Below, piece after piece: positions 63,001 to 64,000 of a stretch of DNA of 64,000 bases; within the stretch, counting starts at the first letter, position 1; each line of letters opens with the position of its first letter. Under the pieces are notes generated by a model, which had not been told where the DNA came from, did not search any database, and saw only the letters and a list, made by a program, of their open reading frames with translations. The DNA is from Flavobacteriales bacterium (GTDB lineage: Bacteria > Bacteroidota > Bacteroidia > Flavobacteriales_D > UBA2798), in assembly GCA_019694795.1 (NCBI GenBank), contig JAIBBF010000001.1, positions 262,265 to 326,264 on the forward strand. Reading direction: 5' to 3'. The position numbers and the translations under genes are program-made.

Positions 63001-63696
63001 TCAGGGCATCATTCCTTCATCTGAAAAGCTGTAATAACCCCTCTCCGTAACAATCAAATGATCCATTACCGGAATATCCATGATTTTACCGCCCTCCACA
63101 ATTTTGCGTGTAAGATGAATGTCCTCATTACTTGGTTTTAAATTCCCCGAGGGGTGATTATGGCAGAGTATGATTGAGGTGGAATGATGATCAATAGCCG
63201 ATTTAAAAATAAGACGGGAATCCACCACAGTCCCTGTGATTCCTCCGGAGCTGATTTTTGTTTGTGCAATACAAATGTTTGCCCGGTTAAAATGCAATAC
63301 ATGAAATTCTTCATGCGGTAAATCTGCCAAATGGTGTCGGATCAATTCATACGCATCGGCAGAATTGGTTACCGGTTTTCGCTGTTCTTTGGGAAGCTCT
63401 TTTCTGCGCTGGCCTAGTTCCAGTGCTGCAATAATGGTGATGGCTTTTACCTGACCAATCCCTTTTGTCTTTTGTAATTCCCCGATGGTCATTCTTCCCA
63501 ATTTCCCCAGGTCATTGTCTACCGACCTTAACAATTTCCGGGAAAGGTCCAACGCACTCTCCTTACCTGAACCTGTGGCAATCAAGATGGCCATCAATTC
63601 CGCATCACTCAAGGATTTGCGACCCAGGTTTTTCAACTTTTCCCTTGGCCTGTCATTTTCTGCCCATGCCTTAATTGGAGTAAACGAATTTTCCAT
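63001..63696 (-). CDS. radC: RadC-family JAB-domain protein
   Basis: 231 aa with an N-terminal HhH-like region (ELLAILI-type: AELMAILIATGSG) and the JAMM motif HNHPSG. Confidence 0.85.
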   Translation of the reverse strand: MENSFTPIKAWAENDRPREKLKNLGRKSLSDAELMAILIATGSGKESALDLSRKLLRSVDNDLGKLGRMTIGELQKTKGIGQVKAITIIAALELGQRRKELPKEQRKPVTNSADAYELIRHHLADLPHEEFHVLHFNRANICIAQTKISSGGITGTVVDSRLIFKSAIDHHSTSIILCHNHPSGNLKPSNEDIHLTRKIVEGGKIMDIPVMDHLIVTERGYYSFSDEGMMP

Positions 63697-63781
63697 ACCC
63701 CAATAATATGTAAATCAATACTATAGCCGACGTCAAATTTTGGACAAGTTTACGCTTCGGCAATGCTTGAAAAATCAAGGC

Positions 63782-63813
63782 AAAAAAAAAGCTTCGGCGA
63801 ATACCGAAGCTTT
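63782..63813 (-). terminator. Intrinsic terminator of rpsT
   Basis: Hairpin aaagcttcgg/ccgaagcttt, with T9 on the minus strand. Confidence 0.75.
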
Positions 63814-63833
63814 AATTTCAAACAATGTAACAA

Positions 63834-64000
63834 TTAAGCCATTGTGTTCACATGCTTGTGAAGGCTTGACTTAACGTTTGCAGCTTTGTTTTTATGGATA
63901 ATGTTTTTCTTAGCCAGTTTATCGAGCATCCCAAACACTTTTGTAAGCAGAGACTGAGCTTCCTTCTTGTTATGAGAAGTTCTGATTGCTTTTACCGCGT
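63834..64000 (-). CDS. rpsT: 30S ribosomal protein S20, C-terminal part (5' end beyond the window)
   Basis: The minus-strand frame reads ...AVKAIRTSHNKKEAQSLLTKVFGMLDKLAKKNIIHKNKAANVKSSLHKHVNTMA*, which is the S20 pattern (D.a.kkg.iHkNkAar.KS.L). Confidence 0.85.
   Translation of the reverse strand, partial: AVKAIRTSHNKKEAQSLLTKVFGMLDKLAKKNIIHKNKAANVKSSLHKHVNTMA

Overview
This is a gene-dense chromosomal window from a Bacteroidota genome. The assignment rests on the gldK/L/M/N gliding and type IX secretion (T9SS) genes, T9SS C-terminal sorting domains, TAnnTTTG -7 promoter boxes and lipoprotein-rich content. About 57 protein genes fill both strands. Most are housekeeping: mutS (partial), recQ, panB, dnaK, comEC, tatC, lptB, topA, miaB, secG, groES/groEL, era, der, wecB, radC and rpsT (partial). 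A contiguous minus-strand porP/sprF-gldK-gldL-gldM-gldN T9SS core operon lies at 31.6-37.8 kb. Two T9SS-sorted secreted proteins are present, one a 1463-aa LamG/HYR/SprB-repeat adhesin, along with an OmpR/histidine-kinase pair and several uncharacterised lipoproteins. Four tRNA genes occur as two pairs. I found no transposase, integrase, cas, restriction-modification, toxin-antitoxin or other recognisable defence or mobile genes, and no CRISPR array. The structure that gene content does not explain is non-coding and sits beside the tRNAs. (1) At 52275-52608, four 38-39 nt imperfect hairpin elements lie between convergent tRNA-Arg and a likely initiator tRNA-Met, and one copy carries a compensatory C:G to G:C change. 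(2) At 6249-6588, a 112-bp unit is repeated three times between tRNA-Leu and a four-helix-bundle (23S rRNA IVS protein / Avd family) gene. Each unit carries a roughly 21-bp imperfect stem, and the last unit supplies the gene's start codon. Secondary observations are an arginase-fold protein with substituted metal ligands, a sensor-less sigma-54 activator plus a sigma-54-like box upstream of dnaK, an OmpA-like gene remnant, and several convergent gene pairs with zero or negative spacing. All coordinates and motif calls were made by eye and hand counting. No database search was possible, so family assignments rest on recognisable motifs only.
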